From contig JAITFN010000076.1 of the NCBI GenBank assembly GCA_031281345.1, forward strand, positions 5,725 to 69,724: DNA of 64,000 nucleotides, read 5' to 3'. Every line of letters begins with the position of its first letter. Position 1 is the first letter of the stretch. This DNA comes from Candidatus Fibrimonadaceae bacterium (GTDB lineage Bacteria > Fibrobacterota > Fibrobacteria > Fibrobacterales > Fibrobacteraceae). This document shows positions 23,583 through 31,789 of the stretch, piece after piece. The notes beneath the pieces are model-generated. The model was given only the letters and a program-made list of their open reading frames with translations, ran no database searches and was not told the DNA's origin. The translations under genes and the position numbers were made by a program.

Positions 23583-24167
23583 ATGAACAAAACCGCAACA
23601 TTCCTTCTCCTCTGCACAACCCTCTTTGCCCAGCAAAAAGGCACCTTCACCGATACACGAGATGGCAAAATATACAAAACCGTAAAAATCGGCGAACAGG
23701 TTTGGATGGCGGAGAATTTGAATTATGAGACGAGTGGTTCAAAATGTTATGACAACAAACCTGCCAACTGCAAAAAGTACGGACGGTTGTATAATTGGAA
23801 TACGGCTATGAAGGTTTGCTCAAATGGTTGGCATTTGCCGAGCAATGCTGAATGGGAAGTATTGATGGAAACGACTGGCGGTTATAAAACAGCAGGCAAG
23901 TTCCTTAAAGCGGTTAGTGGGTGGAAGGATTACGAAGGAAAATCTGGCAACGGCGAGGATAAGTTCGGTTTTTACGCCCTGCCTGGCGGCGACTGCAATC
24001 AGAATGATTATTTCAACCATATCGGCAATTTCGGCTACTGGTGGAGTTCCAGCGAAAGCAACAGCAACGATGCCTACTTCAGGAGTATGGGCGACATCGA
24101 CGATCGCGTATACTGCATCATCAGTGATAAGGGCGACTTATTCAGTGTCCGCTGCCTGCAAGATTAA
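23583..24167 (+). CDS. Single-domain FISUMP protein (secreted)
   Basis: 194 aa starting MNKTATFLLLCTTLFAQQKGTFTDTRDGKIYKTVKIGEQVWMAENLNY. Ends FSVRCLQD. Confidence 0.85.
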   Translation: MNKTATFLLLCTTLFAQQKGTFTDTRDGKIYKTVKIGEQVWMAENLNYETSGSKCYDNKPANCKKYGRLYNWNTAMKVCSNGWHLPSNAEWEVLMETTGGYKTAGKFLKAVSGWKDYEGKSGNGEDKFGFYALPGGDCNQNDYFNHIGNFGYWWSSSESNSNDAYFRSMGDIDDRVYCIISDKGDLFSVRCLQD

Positions 24168-24492
24168 ATTCAGACAAAAGAAAGATTGTCGCTTTGAAAC
24201 TTTGCTATCACAGTGTCTAATGTCCACACATTTTTAAACTAGGACATATATATATATTACGCTTTTACACAAGGAGAAATATCTATGACAATCAATATTG
24301 CGATATGCAATTATCTCACTACATACAAACAGAGGCAGATATTAACTGCTTTGCATCCTAGGAATAGGATTAGGATTTTTGTGAATGAAGGATAACAGTA
24401 GATTATCATTCATTAATGTGACTAAGACAGAACAGGCATTAAGCCCTAAAAACTTTAATGCCTATGCTTTGCACTCGCTAATTGCAACAAAA

Positions 24493-25338
24493 TCAACGTA
24501 CAGCATAATTCCTAGAAATCCCAAGCCTTCGTTTAGCCTCCGTCAGAGGAATACCTTTTTCCCATAGGGCAAGCAGCTTTTTCATGCCTCTAGCTTCGCC
24601 TTTGGCCATGCCCTTAGCCTCGCCTTCCTCTCTGGCAACGGCGATGGCATCTTTCAATTTGAACTCTGTAGTCATCATATTCACTACCTCCGATGAATTT
24701 TGTCTCAAATAATCACGCAATATTCCTTTGTCTATACAGTAAACAACAGCTTTCTCTATCGCTTCCTTCAAAGGATTGCCACTGGATTGAAATTCCCTGA
24801 CCTTTGCTACAAAGGCTGAGTAATCTGCCAAGTTCTTGCTCCTATGCTCCAGCTTTGGATTATGACCCTTGTTTATGTTCAACATACGGACTGACAATTC
24901 CAGCTCAGGAGCTTTCTTTATGACGATTTGCTCGAATGCGTCTGAAAGCTTCAATATCTTTTCTTTCGGGTATTTGTCCACGCCGTTGTATAGGACTATG
25001 AATTCGGGCCTTGGGATTTTTATCAAACTCTGTTTGTAAATGCCTTTGGGGTCTATTATCTTTTCATATACCTTAGACACATATATCAGAAAACGCAAAG
25101 GCATATTTTCATTTACGCTAGATTGATGCTCTATGAGCACAACCAATTTGCCACCTATAGTGAAAGATATATCGTTCTGCCTGTTTGCGAACAGAACGCC
25201 TTCCAATGTGTTGATGTTTATTATATTGGGGTCTTTGTAGGAAGTTCCCTCTATTGCATTGTACAATTCCAGCAGCCGCTTCTTGTCTTTGAACAAGGAA
25301 GTGAAAACCGAATCTTTGTATTTGCGTTTAGCTGGCAT
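24493..25338 (-). CDS. Rpn-family recombination-promoting nuclease / putative transposase (PD-(D/E)XK, YhgA-like)
   Basis: 281 aa. The N-terminus YKDSVFTSLFKDKKRLLELYNAIEGTSYKDPNIININTLEGVLF...NDISFTIGGKLVVLIEHQSSVNENMPLRFLIYVSKVYEKI is the pattern I recall for Rpn/Transposase_31 proteins. Confidence 0.7.
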   Translation of the reverse strand: MPAKRKYKDSVFTSLFKDKKRLLELYNAIEGTSYKDPNIININTLEGVLFANRQNDISFTIGGKLVVLIEHQSSVNENMPLRFLIYVSKVYEKIIDPKGIYKQSLIKIPRPEFIVLYNGVDKYPKEKILKLSDAFEQIVIKKAPELELSVRMLNINKGHNPKLEHRSKNLADYSAFVAKVREFQSSGNPLKEAIEKAVVYCIDKGILRDYLRQNSSEVVNMMTTEFKLKDAIAVAREEGEAKGMAKGEARGMKKLLALWEKGIPLTEAKRRLGISRNYAVR

Positions 25339-25621
25339 AAAGGCAATATAGAAAATCTCTCTTCAATACATTCGACTTTTCTCGGAATTGCCTATCTCTA
25401 TCATTTTCTCCGCATACTCGACAGCCAACGCTTTAATAGCTTTTCAAATTCCTCGCACTCATTGCAGGTTCTCTTTTTGTGTAAAATCCTTCCCGCATAG
25501 GCGTTTTGAGTCCGCTCAAAGAAAGGTTGTAGGCTGTATTGTATTCTAACGTAAATGCTGATTAAGTCATTGTTTTTTTGTTAGAAATAAATTATATTTC
25601 TATATATGGAAAAAATACTTA

Positions 25622-25885
25622 CCTTTTCGGATTTGGAAACACAAAACAAGAAGAAGCGGATCCGTCGTTCCGTGGTCGAATATAGTTTCGCTTATCAAGC
25701 CTTACTATTATTCCAACCGTACGGTTGAATATGTGTTCCATGTGCTGAAGGATATTTTCAGGTTCAGGAAATTGCCATACAAAGGCATTGCCAAGAATGC
25801 GGAACGGCTTATGGCTGCTTACGCCAATGTCAACCTCTATATGCTTGCGATAGCCGGACGGCGGTTCTGCCCGCTGCTGGGCTGA
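25622..25885 (+). mobile_element. IS5-family (DDE) transposase, C-terminal fragment only
   Basis: The plus frame ending at TGA 25883-25885 reads NRTVEYVFHVLKDIFRFRKLPYKGIAKNAERLMAAYANVNLYMLAIAGRR. This matches the IS5-group C-terminus (R-VEHVFG-LK--FGF-KVRYRGL-KN---L----AL-NLYM). No N-terminal or DDE core lies upstream. A second RRSVVEYSFAYQ-like stretch occurs in another frame at 25660-25700. Confidence 0.6.
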
Positions 25886-26002
25886 CGGGGCATATTGCGC
25901 CCGACTGCCCGAGAGGGTGGGAAAATAAACGCAAGAGAATTTATACCAATATGACGAAGCTATGTCCCCGTTCAATGTTTTCTTATTTACATTATGAAAA
26001 AC

Positions 26003-26102
26003 ATTAAAATGTGAATATGTCAGATATTTCGCTAAATTAATGTTTTTTTATGTACAAAAAAATGTAAACTGAAATGTGAAAATTAATGTGAAAATTAATG
26101 TT
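26003..26102. repeat. Cluster of short direct repeats (core AATGTGAA / TTAATGT), including 2.4 tandem copies of ATGTGAAAATTA
   Basis: The tandem unit occurs at 26074-26085 and 26086-26097, with a partial copy at 26098-26102. Related cores start at 26008, 26035 and 26061. The cluster lies in the 153-nt gap between the integrase stop and the IS5 fragment. Confidence 0.6.
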
Positions 26103-26128
26103 GGCATTTTAGGTAAATTTTTAGAAAT

Positions 26129-27337
26129 TTATTCACCAAAATACCCATTCTCCAGCCACTCAACCAATTCCTTCCGCTCCTTTATAGCTTCCTCAAACCC
26201 TGCCTTGAAATGCTCGGGAACAAATTTTCCGTAAAGGTTCGCTGTTAGGCTTATGTCGCTATGCCCAAGCTGATAGCTCACCATTTGCAGGTCGGCTGTT
26301 TTGGAAAGCAGTTTGTTAACCGCGAATGAATGCCTTAACCTATGCGCATGGATTCCATTGAATTTCTTCCTGAACCAACTGCTTTGAATCGTCTTTCTTA
26401 TTTTTCCTGCGGTAAAAATATGCCCCCTTTCAAAAATTTTGGCAACGCTTGGGCAGACAGGCAATGTCCTTGCCGCAGACGCACTTTTGCCACTTAAAGG
26501 CTTCGCGTTGCCAACAGCTTCACCGTGCAAAGTAATTGCGTTGCTACGCAAGCTTTCAGGGGACAGATTTTCAAGCTCGCCGACTCTCATGCCTGTCAGT
26601 AGCAAAAGAAGAACCGAATCATGAAGCCCTGCCTTCATTCCTCTTAGTTCCTCCAGAAGGCTTTTTTGCAAATCAACGGTCAGGGGTTCAACTACTTTGG
26701 CATTGACTCCAGCTATGCTCTTGACCTTCACATCGTCCCAAATGCTCTGGTTTGTAATCCATCCGTTGCGAGACGCTATTTTTGCCATCTGACGGAGTAT
26801 CTGCAAATTAAGTCTAAGAACGCTTGCGCTTGTTGTCTGCCCGCTATTATTGCCGTAATTCATTTTGCTACGCCATGCCAAAAACTTATGAGCGGTGTCT
26901 GGTTTTAAATCTGACACCTCTTTCATTCCTGTATGATCAAAAAAGTCCAAGAAAACCTGTTTTAGCTGCAGTGCAATTCTCTTGTTTGTTTCCGTTGCTC
27001 CCTGCGCCACTCTTTGTTCGTACCATGTGTTAGCAAGCTCTTCAAGCGTTATGGACTTCGTTTCATTCTTCAAGCCATAGCCGGACAGGGCGATTTTCTT
27101 GATGAGTTCTTTCTTTCCCGCGTCGTCCATAGCCACGTATGCAAGCACGGCTGATTTAGCCTCTCTCGGCGTAATGCTTTCACGAGCCTGGGGTGTAAGC
27201 ACGTCCATAATAGTTTCGTGTGCTTTGAGGCAAGCCTGCAAGTATTTTTTAGATTTATCCCCAACGCAATAGTGCATAGGCTTGTAGCCCACAGTCCTAT
27301 CCTTTATCTGCCCAAATCTGGCATCTATAGTAGCCAT
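26129..27337 (-). CDS. Tyrosine site-specific recombinase (phage-type integrase)
   Basis: 402 aa. The catalytic-domain signature reads LLLLTGMRVGEL ... HRLRHSFAVNKLL ... LGHSDISLTANLYGKF (R, H-x-x-R, H/W, Y). Visibly higher G+C than neighbouring DNA. Confidence 0.85.
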   Translation of the reverse strand: MATIDARFGQIKDRTVGYKPMHYCVGDKSKKYLQACLKAHETIMDVLTPQARESITPREAKSAVLAYVAMDDAGKKELIKKIALSGYGLKNETKSITLEELANTWYEQRVAQGATETNKRIALQLKQVFLDFFDHTGMKEVSDLKPDTAHKFLAWRSKMNYGNNSGQTTSASVLRLNLQILRQMAKIASRNGWITNQSIWDDVKVKSIAGVNAKVVEPLTVDLQKSLLEELRGMKAGLHDSVLLLLLTGMRVGELENLSPESLRSNAITLHGEAVGNAKPLSGKSASAARTLPVCPSVAKIFERGHIFTAGKIRKTIQSSWFRKKFNGIHAHRLRHSFAVNKLLSKTADLQMVSYQLGHSDISLTANLYGKFVPEHFKAGFEEAIKERKELVEWLENGYFGE

Positions 27338-27562
27338 AAAAACCCCCTATTTTACACGACATCCTCACGACACTAAATATACAAATTTCATGTATTTCTC
27401 GTACACTGAAAAATCCCGTTTTATTCACTTTTTATTTTTGGCGATGCTAATCAAGCCCGTAAATGTGCGGCTTGGTTGAAGAAAGTCTAACGATAGCAGA
27501 GAGTTATGCAAAATGGCCATTTTTTTACGCGCAAAATATAGAATTTTCTAAATTCGGTTGAA

Positions 27563-28963
27563 ATGCCTTCCGTTTATACTCTAGCTTCGCAGCCCAATCA
27601 CTGGAACAATACCCAGCTTCTGAAAGAATGTGGACTAATCCCCTTTATGCTACACAAGAATTTTGGCTATAAAGCGGTTATGGTTGGAGAAAATACCGGA
27701 GATTATCCATATTTGGAGCTTTTGCCCGGGCTTGAAATGGATTTTATTCCTAGTTCAAATGGCAATATAGAAGTCTTTGTTTTTAATTCCGTAAATTATG
27801 TGAACAAAAATTACCAAAAGATAGATATTCTTATAATGAGAGGATTATATCCCACAACTTGTGTGTTTATACAAGAATACAAGCAAAAACGTCCAGATGG
27901 AAAAGTTTATCTTTACCTAGACGCAAACAAGTATTGGATGGACAATATTAGGTGGGAAGACCCATTGTTTTTTAATACGCTGGCTTCATGCGATGTTATT
28001 TCTACTTCCTGTTATAAAATGACAGAATATTTGAATAAAAAATGGCCTCCTTTTATTGTTGAGCACATTCCCAACGGATTTTTTAACGCAAGCGGCGAAC
28101 AAATTATAAAATACGTAAAGGAAAATATAATTTTAACCGTAGGCCGCATTGGCACAGATCAAAAAGCAAACCACATTCTTTTGCTAGCCTTTGCAATGGT
28201 AGCAAACAATCTTCCAAATTGGAAAGTTCACCTTGCTGGACCGGTAGAAGCCAAGTTCAGCGAATTTACAGACCAATATTTCAAGAATTTTCCGCAATTA
28301 AAAAAGCGAGTGAAATTTCTAGGCAACATAACAGATAAGAAAAAACTCTATGCGGAATATGCTAAAGCTAAAATTTTTGCCCTTACTTCCGTTGTGGAAG
28401 GCGGTGCACCAAATGTAACCGCAGAGGCTCTGTTTCACGGCTGCTATACAATAACCAGCGATATAGATGCTGCGGTTGATATAACAGATAGCGAAAAGTG
28501 CGGACGTATTTTTAGCATAAACGACCATAATGCACTTTATAAAATTCTATTGAAAGTTTGTACAAACAAAAAACTTCTGCAAGATGCACCGCAAAAATCC
28601 ACTGAATTTGCTAAAAGCCATTACGACTGGGATTTGATTATAAACAGAATAAACCATCTTTTGAACAATGTGCCAACAGACAACGATGTTGGAGAATTAA
28701 ATGTTCTTTGGCAACAAACAACGGAAAAACTCATAAATATTGAAACATCCTCAAAAGAGGAATTGAGCCAAATTATAAGGGATTTGAGCATTTTGGAAAA
28801 ACTTGCGGTAAAATTATTCAACGAAATTGAAGATGCAGATTTGAAATACAAGTTAAATCGGATTAAGGAAAAAGTTTTGAATATTCTCTATTCTTCCCCA
28901 GCTCCACAAATAAAGCGTGATATTCTTGAAATAACGGCACAGATAACTCTAGATTCTCCATAA
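27563..28963 (+). CDS. Glycosyltransferase, GT4/group 1 type, with C-terminal helical extension
   Basis: 466 aa. Motifs ILTVGRIGTDQKANHILLLAF ... VKFLGNITDKKKLYAEYAKAKIFALTSVVEGGAPNVTAEALFHGC (E-x7-E motif). Confidence 0.7.
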   Translation: MPSVYTLASQPNHWNNTQLLKECGLIPFMLHKNFGYKAVMVGENTGDYPYLELLPGLEMDFIPSSNGNIEVFVFNSVNYVNKNYQKIDILIMRGLYPTTCVFIQEYKQKRPDGKVYLYLDANKYWMDNIRWEDPLFFNTLASCDVISTSCYKMTEYLNKKWPPFIVEHIPNGFFNASGEQIIKYVKENIILTVGRIGTDQKANHILLLAFAMVANNLPNWKVHLAGPVEAKFSEFTDQYFKNFPQLKKRVKFLGNITDKKKLYAEYAKAKIFALTSVVEGGAPNVTAEALFHGCYTITSDIDAAVDITDSEKCGRIFSINDHNALYKILLKVCTNKKLLQDAPQKSTEFAKSHYDWDLIINRINHLLNNVPTDNDVGELNVLWQQTTEKLINIETSSKEELSQIIRDLSILEKLAVKLFNEIEDADLKYKLNRIKEKVLNILYSSPAPQIKRDILEITAQITLDSP

Positions 28964-29498
28964 ACCACAAGCGTAGCGTTTCGTAGGGAGTTTTTTCGTC
29001 AAAGATTTTCAAAGCGGCAAGAGTTCTTTTTGTGTATGTGTCTATGACAAAAGTTGGCAAATGAAAAGCGTAAAGCAAAATTGAATCTGCGGTTTCTCTG
29101 CCAACGCCCTTTACTTGGAGCAAGTTATCGCGACTGGGTTCCTTTCGATAGTTATCTATAAACCATTGCGCTATGTTTTTTAAATATTTGGTTTTTTGGT
29201 TTCGATAGCCGGCTGGGCTTATCAGGGTAGCAATTGTTTCATTATCTGTTTTGAGGATTTTTTCTGGGGTGTTTATTTTTGCATTAAAGAGGTTTGTAAG
29301 GGCTTTTTCCACTTGAGTCCAAGCTGTGTTTTGTGTTAAAATTGCGCCCATGCAAACCTCAAATTTGCCTTTTCTTGTTTTTGGCAAGCCAAATACATTA
29401 GGATGATAACCCCTGCCCTTGAATTCGCTACGCACAGGCCACCACCCTTGGGCACCGTAGAGAGAAAAGAGCTTTTTGTAGAGTTTAACTGGACTCAT
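28863..29498 (-). CDS. Endonuclease III-related HhH-GPD protein
   Basis: 211 aa. Motifs GAQGWWPV, AILTQNTAWTQVEKAL, LISPAGYRNQKTKYLKNI, LLQVKGVGRETADSILLYAF (helix-hairpin-helix/GPD), VIDTYTKR. Confidence 0.7.
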   Translation of the reverse strand: MSPVKLYKKLFSLYGAQGWWPVRSEFKGRGYHPNVFGLPKTRKGKFEVCMGAILTQNTAWTQVEKALTNLFNAKINTPEKILKTDNETIATLISPAGYRNQKTKYLKNIAQWFIDNYRKEPSRDNLLQVKGVGRETADSILLYAFHLPTFVIDTYTKRTLAALKIFDEKTPYETLRLWFMENLELSVPLFQEYHALFVELGKNREYSKLFP

Positions 29499-29526
29499 AC
29501 ATTTGAATTTACTAATTTTTTAATCC

Positions 29527-31788
29527 GTGCAATTTATACTTTTTATTCTGTTATTCCTCATAGCATCTTCGTATGCCACCCCTGTTAGGGGCGTGGTGGT
29601 AGAAGAATCTGCCGATAATGTTATTCCTTATGCGTATATTTCATACGTCTCTGGAAAAACTCTGGGGCAAAGCGATGATAAAGGTAGGTTTGAATTTGAA
29701 CTGGATAGCAGAAATGCAATTTTGATTTTCAAAAAAAATGGTTTCGACAGCACAATAGTAGAAATGCAAGACTACGGGGATTTGCTAGACGTTGTTGTTA
29801 GTATGCGTTCAAATGCAAAGCATTTGGGAAGCGCAACAGTTGTAGGAGGAAGAGGAGCGTGGCAAAATCCGCGTGTTGCTTCTGTGCAAAAGCTAGAAGA
29901 TGCGGCTGGGCTTCGCTTTGACTTAACTGAACATTTGAGCCAAATGCCGGGAATATCTGGGCAAATGGATTTTTCTAGCAATTTGTTTTATGATGGAAGC
30001 CGCTCCGAAGAAATTGCCTACCACCTTGGGGAATTTAGAGTACCAAATATGCGGCACTTAGATATTGGCTTCCCAGGCAATTTATCGGTGATAAACCCAC
30101 ACGCTATAGAAAACATAAACATAAGTGAACATTACGGAGAAAATCCATTTAATCAAGGGCTTGCAGGCTCAATTCAATTTGAACAGAGAAATTCAAGCGA
30201 TTTTAAAACTGATATTTCGCTGGGAACAACCTTGCGTGAAATTTATATGGAAGGGCCTTGGCTCTTTTGGGATGGCTTTACTTTTAGCGCAAGATATTTA
30301 GAACCATCAATGCTAAAAAATATGGGTGAAAAATTTTTCACCGAGTTTAAAAGAACAAATGAAAGTTGCGATGGATGCTCCAAAGACCGCAATTCTCTTT
30401 CCCTTTTCTCCACAGATTTATACGGAAGATTTTTTGGCAGAGATTCCTCGCACAATTCTTGGGCAATAACAGGGTTGTACTCAAACGATGAATATTCCAT
30501 TCGTCAAGATACCACCATCATAATACAAGGATCTCAGTTTTATGGCTTGACTTTTGCGGAATACAAAACCTTAGGCGGAACAAATTTTTACGCTGGAGTT
30601 ATTTCAAAACAAACCTCAGATTCTCTAAGAGATACTTCTGCTTTTAGAAAATTTGAACAAGAATCCAATAGTCCTTTAAATTATTGCGATATAATAGATT
30701 GTAAATTCATAGATGGCTACGAAAAATCGTATTTAACCGCTAGTGCTGGAATTTCTTGGGAACAAACCTCTGATTTGGGATTTGCCTTTTTATATGACTA
30801 TCACAGTGTTTCAAAAAAATGGCATTTCATAGGAAACGAAGATGTTTTAAACGACAATGTGTTTCAGGCAAATGCTCATTACACAATTACAAACGGAAAT
30901 AATACAAGCGTATTTGGAGCAGGTGGCATATTTTCACTTTCTTCAAAACAAGTTGTTCCACTCGCCTCTTTTGATATAGAAAAAGGAGCTGGCAAAGATA
31001 TTGCTATTTTTGGAAATGTTGCATGGCGTAGCGACTGGGACGAGAAATTGAGCAGTGGCGGAGTGGTTAAGGCGGGAGCAAGGTATTCTTTGGGTGCTTT
31101 GAAAATTTCTGCGCATGGGTTTGGGCGCTATTATCCAGCCCCTGTTTTGCCAATTCCGCGAGCTTATGAATATTACAAAGAGCTTCAAAAGGTTGATTTT
31201 GGGTGGGTGGGCGGAAGCCAAGTAACTCTTGATTTTCACACTTTGCACACACTCGCATTCCAAAGCAATATATCGCATGTTCAAGGCAAATACGAGCTTC
31301 CAGACGGTTCTCTACCTTGGCAGGCAAATTCGCGCCTAGATATGGTTTCGCATTTGAGAATTTACCCCAGAAGCGACTCCCTTTTATCCTTCATAATTAG
31401 CCACCGTGCAGCCTTAGACAGACCTCTTTATGAATGGGAGATAATTCCAGAACAAAGGGAAAGGCAAATATGCTCAGACGAAACAAAATGCGCAGACGAA
31501 ACAACTTCTCTTTTTCGCACGGATATTCGCCTTAACCTAGATTTAAAATCAAAAACAAGAATTATTTTCCTTGAAAATGTGCGTTTTTTTATTGAAGCAG
31601 ATAATATATTCGCTCCGCTGGATATAAAAGCTTTGCGCTTTTTGGGTGGAGAAAATGCAAGAGAGCGTTCTGTTGTTGTACGCGATGCAGACGGAGATTC
31701 TAGAAATGGTTTTGATATTGTTCCATTTATGGCAAAGGGAATGGGATTTTATTTGCAATTTGGAATAGAAGGGAATTTTGGTATCTAA
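29527..31788 (+). CDS. Outer-membrane beta-barrel protein with N-terminal carboxypeptidase-regulatory-like domain (TonB-dependent-receptor-like)
   Basis: 753 aa with a GTG start and a signal peptide. The segment VRGVVVEESADNVIPYAYISYVSGKTLGQSDDKGRFEFELDSRNAILIFKKNGFDS resembles CarboxypepD_reg. The C-terminus ends in aromatic residues (GIEGNFGI). Confidence 0.5.
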   Translation: MQFILFILLFLIASSYATPVRGVVVEESADNVIPYAYISYVSGKTLGQSDDKGRFEFELDSRNAILIFKKNGFDSTIVEMQDYGDLLDVVVSMRSNAKHLGSATVVGGRGAWQNPRVASVQKLEDAAGLRFDLTEHLSQMPGISGQMDFSSNLFYDGSRSEEIAYHLGEFRVPNMRHLDIGFPGNLSVINPHAIENINISEHYGENPFNQGLAGSIQFEQRNSSDFKTDISLGTTLREIYMEGPWLFWDGFTFSARYLEPSMLKNMGEKFFTEFKRTNESCDGCSKDRNSLSLFSTDLYGRFFGRDSSHNSWAITGLYSNDEYSIRQDTTIIIQGSQFYGLTFAEYKTLGGTNFYAGVISKQTSDSLRDTSAFRKFEQESNSPLNYCDIIDCKFIDGYEKSYLTASAGISWEQTSDLGFAFLYDYHSVSKKWHFIGNEDVLNDNVFQANAHYTITNGNNTSVFGAGGIFSLSSKQVVPLASFDIEKGAGKDIAIFGNVAWRSDWDEKLSSGGVVKAGARYSLGALKISAHGFGRYYPAPVLPIPRAYEYYKELQKVDFGWVGGSQVTLDFHTLHTLAFQSNISHVQGKYELPDGSLPWQANSRLDMVSHLRIYPRSDSLLSFIISHRAALDRPLYEWEIIPEQRERQICSDETKCADETTSLFRTDIRLNLDLKSKTRIIFLENVRFFIEADNIFAPLDIKALRFLGGENARERSVVVRDADGDSRNGFDIVPFMAKGMGFYLQFGIEGNFGI

Positions 31789-31789
31789 T

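Noticed and set aside
140-24167. Diversity-generating retroelement acting on the hypervariable C-terminal part of FISUMP domains
   Set aside because: The window contains no reverse transcriptase gene and no template repeat (a near-identical non-coding copy of a variable region). Differences between copies include many indels rather than adenine-specific substitutions.
24246-24257. (AT)6 microsatellite in the 24.2-24.5 kb intergenic region
   Set aside because: It is short, lies in generally A+T-rich non-coding DNA, and no adjacent gene has a promoter it could obviously affect.
25619-25975. 118-aa minus-strand ORF from the track
   Set aside because: The opposite strand carries a clear IS5-family transposase C-terminal motif (VEYVFHVLKDIFRFRKLPYKGIAKNAERL). 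The minus-strand ORF is most likely its antisense shadow in G+C-richer DNA.
1-27337. Integron-like interpretation (a tyrosine recombinase at the end of a gene-cassette array)
   Set aside because: The cassettes are in both orientations and carry their own promoter-like spacers. I see no attC-type imperfect palindromes at cassette boundaries. The recombinase looks like a 402-aa phage-type integrase rather than an IntI. It is also separated from the array by an Rpn gene and an IS fragment.
27338-27562. Expected tRNA or att site next to the integrase
   Set aside because: I could not fold any cloverleaf or find a T-loop GTTCGAATC-type motif. There is only a short hairpin, CAAGCC-N11-GGCTTG, without a U-tract. 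No duplication of this DNA was noticed near 24.2-24.5 kb, although that needs a computational check.
28863-28963. 101-nt convergent overlap of the glycosyltransferase and EndoIII-like genes (also 49225-49296, 60560-60594 and 39536-39600)
   Set aside because: Convergent 3' overlaps of this size are plausible in a compact genome. They may also partly reflect non-conserved C-terminal extensions. There is no evidence here of a regulatory antisense role.
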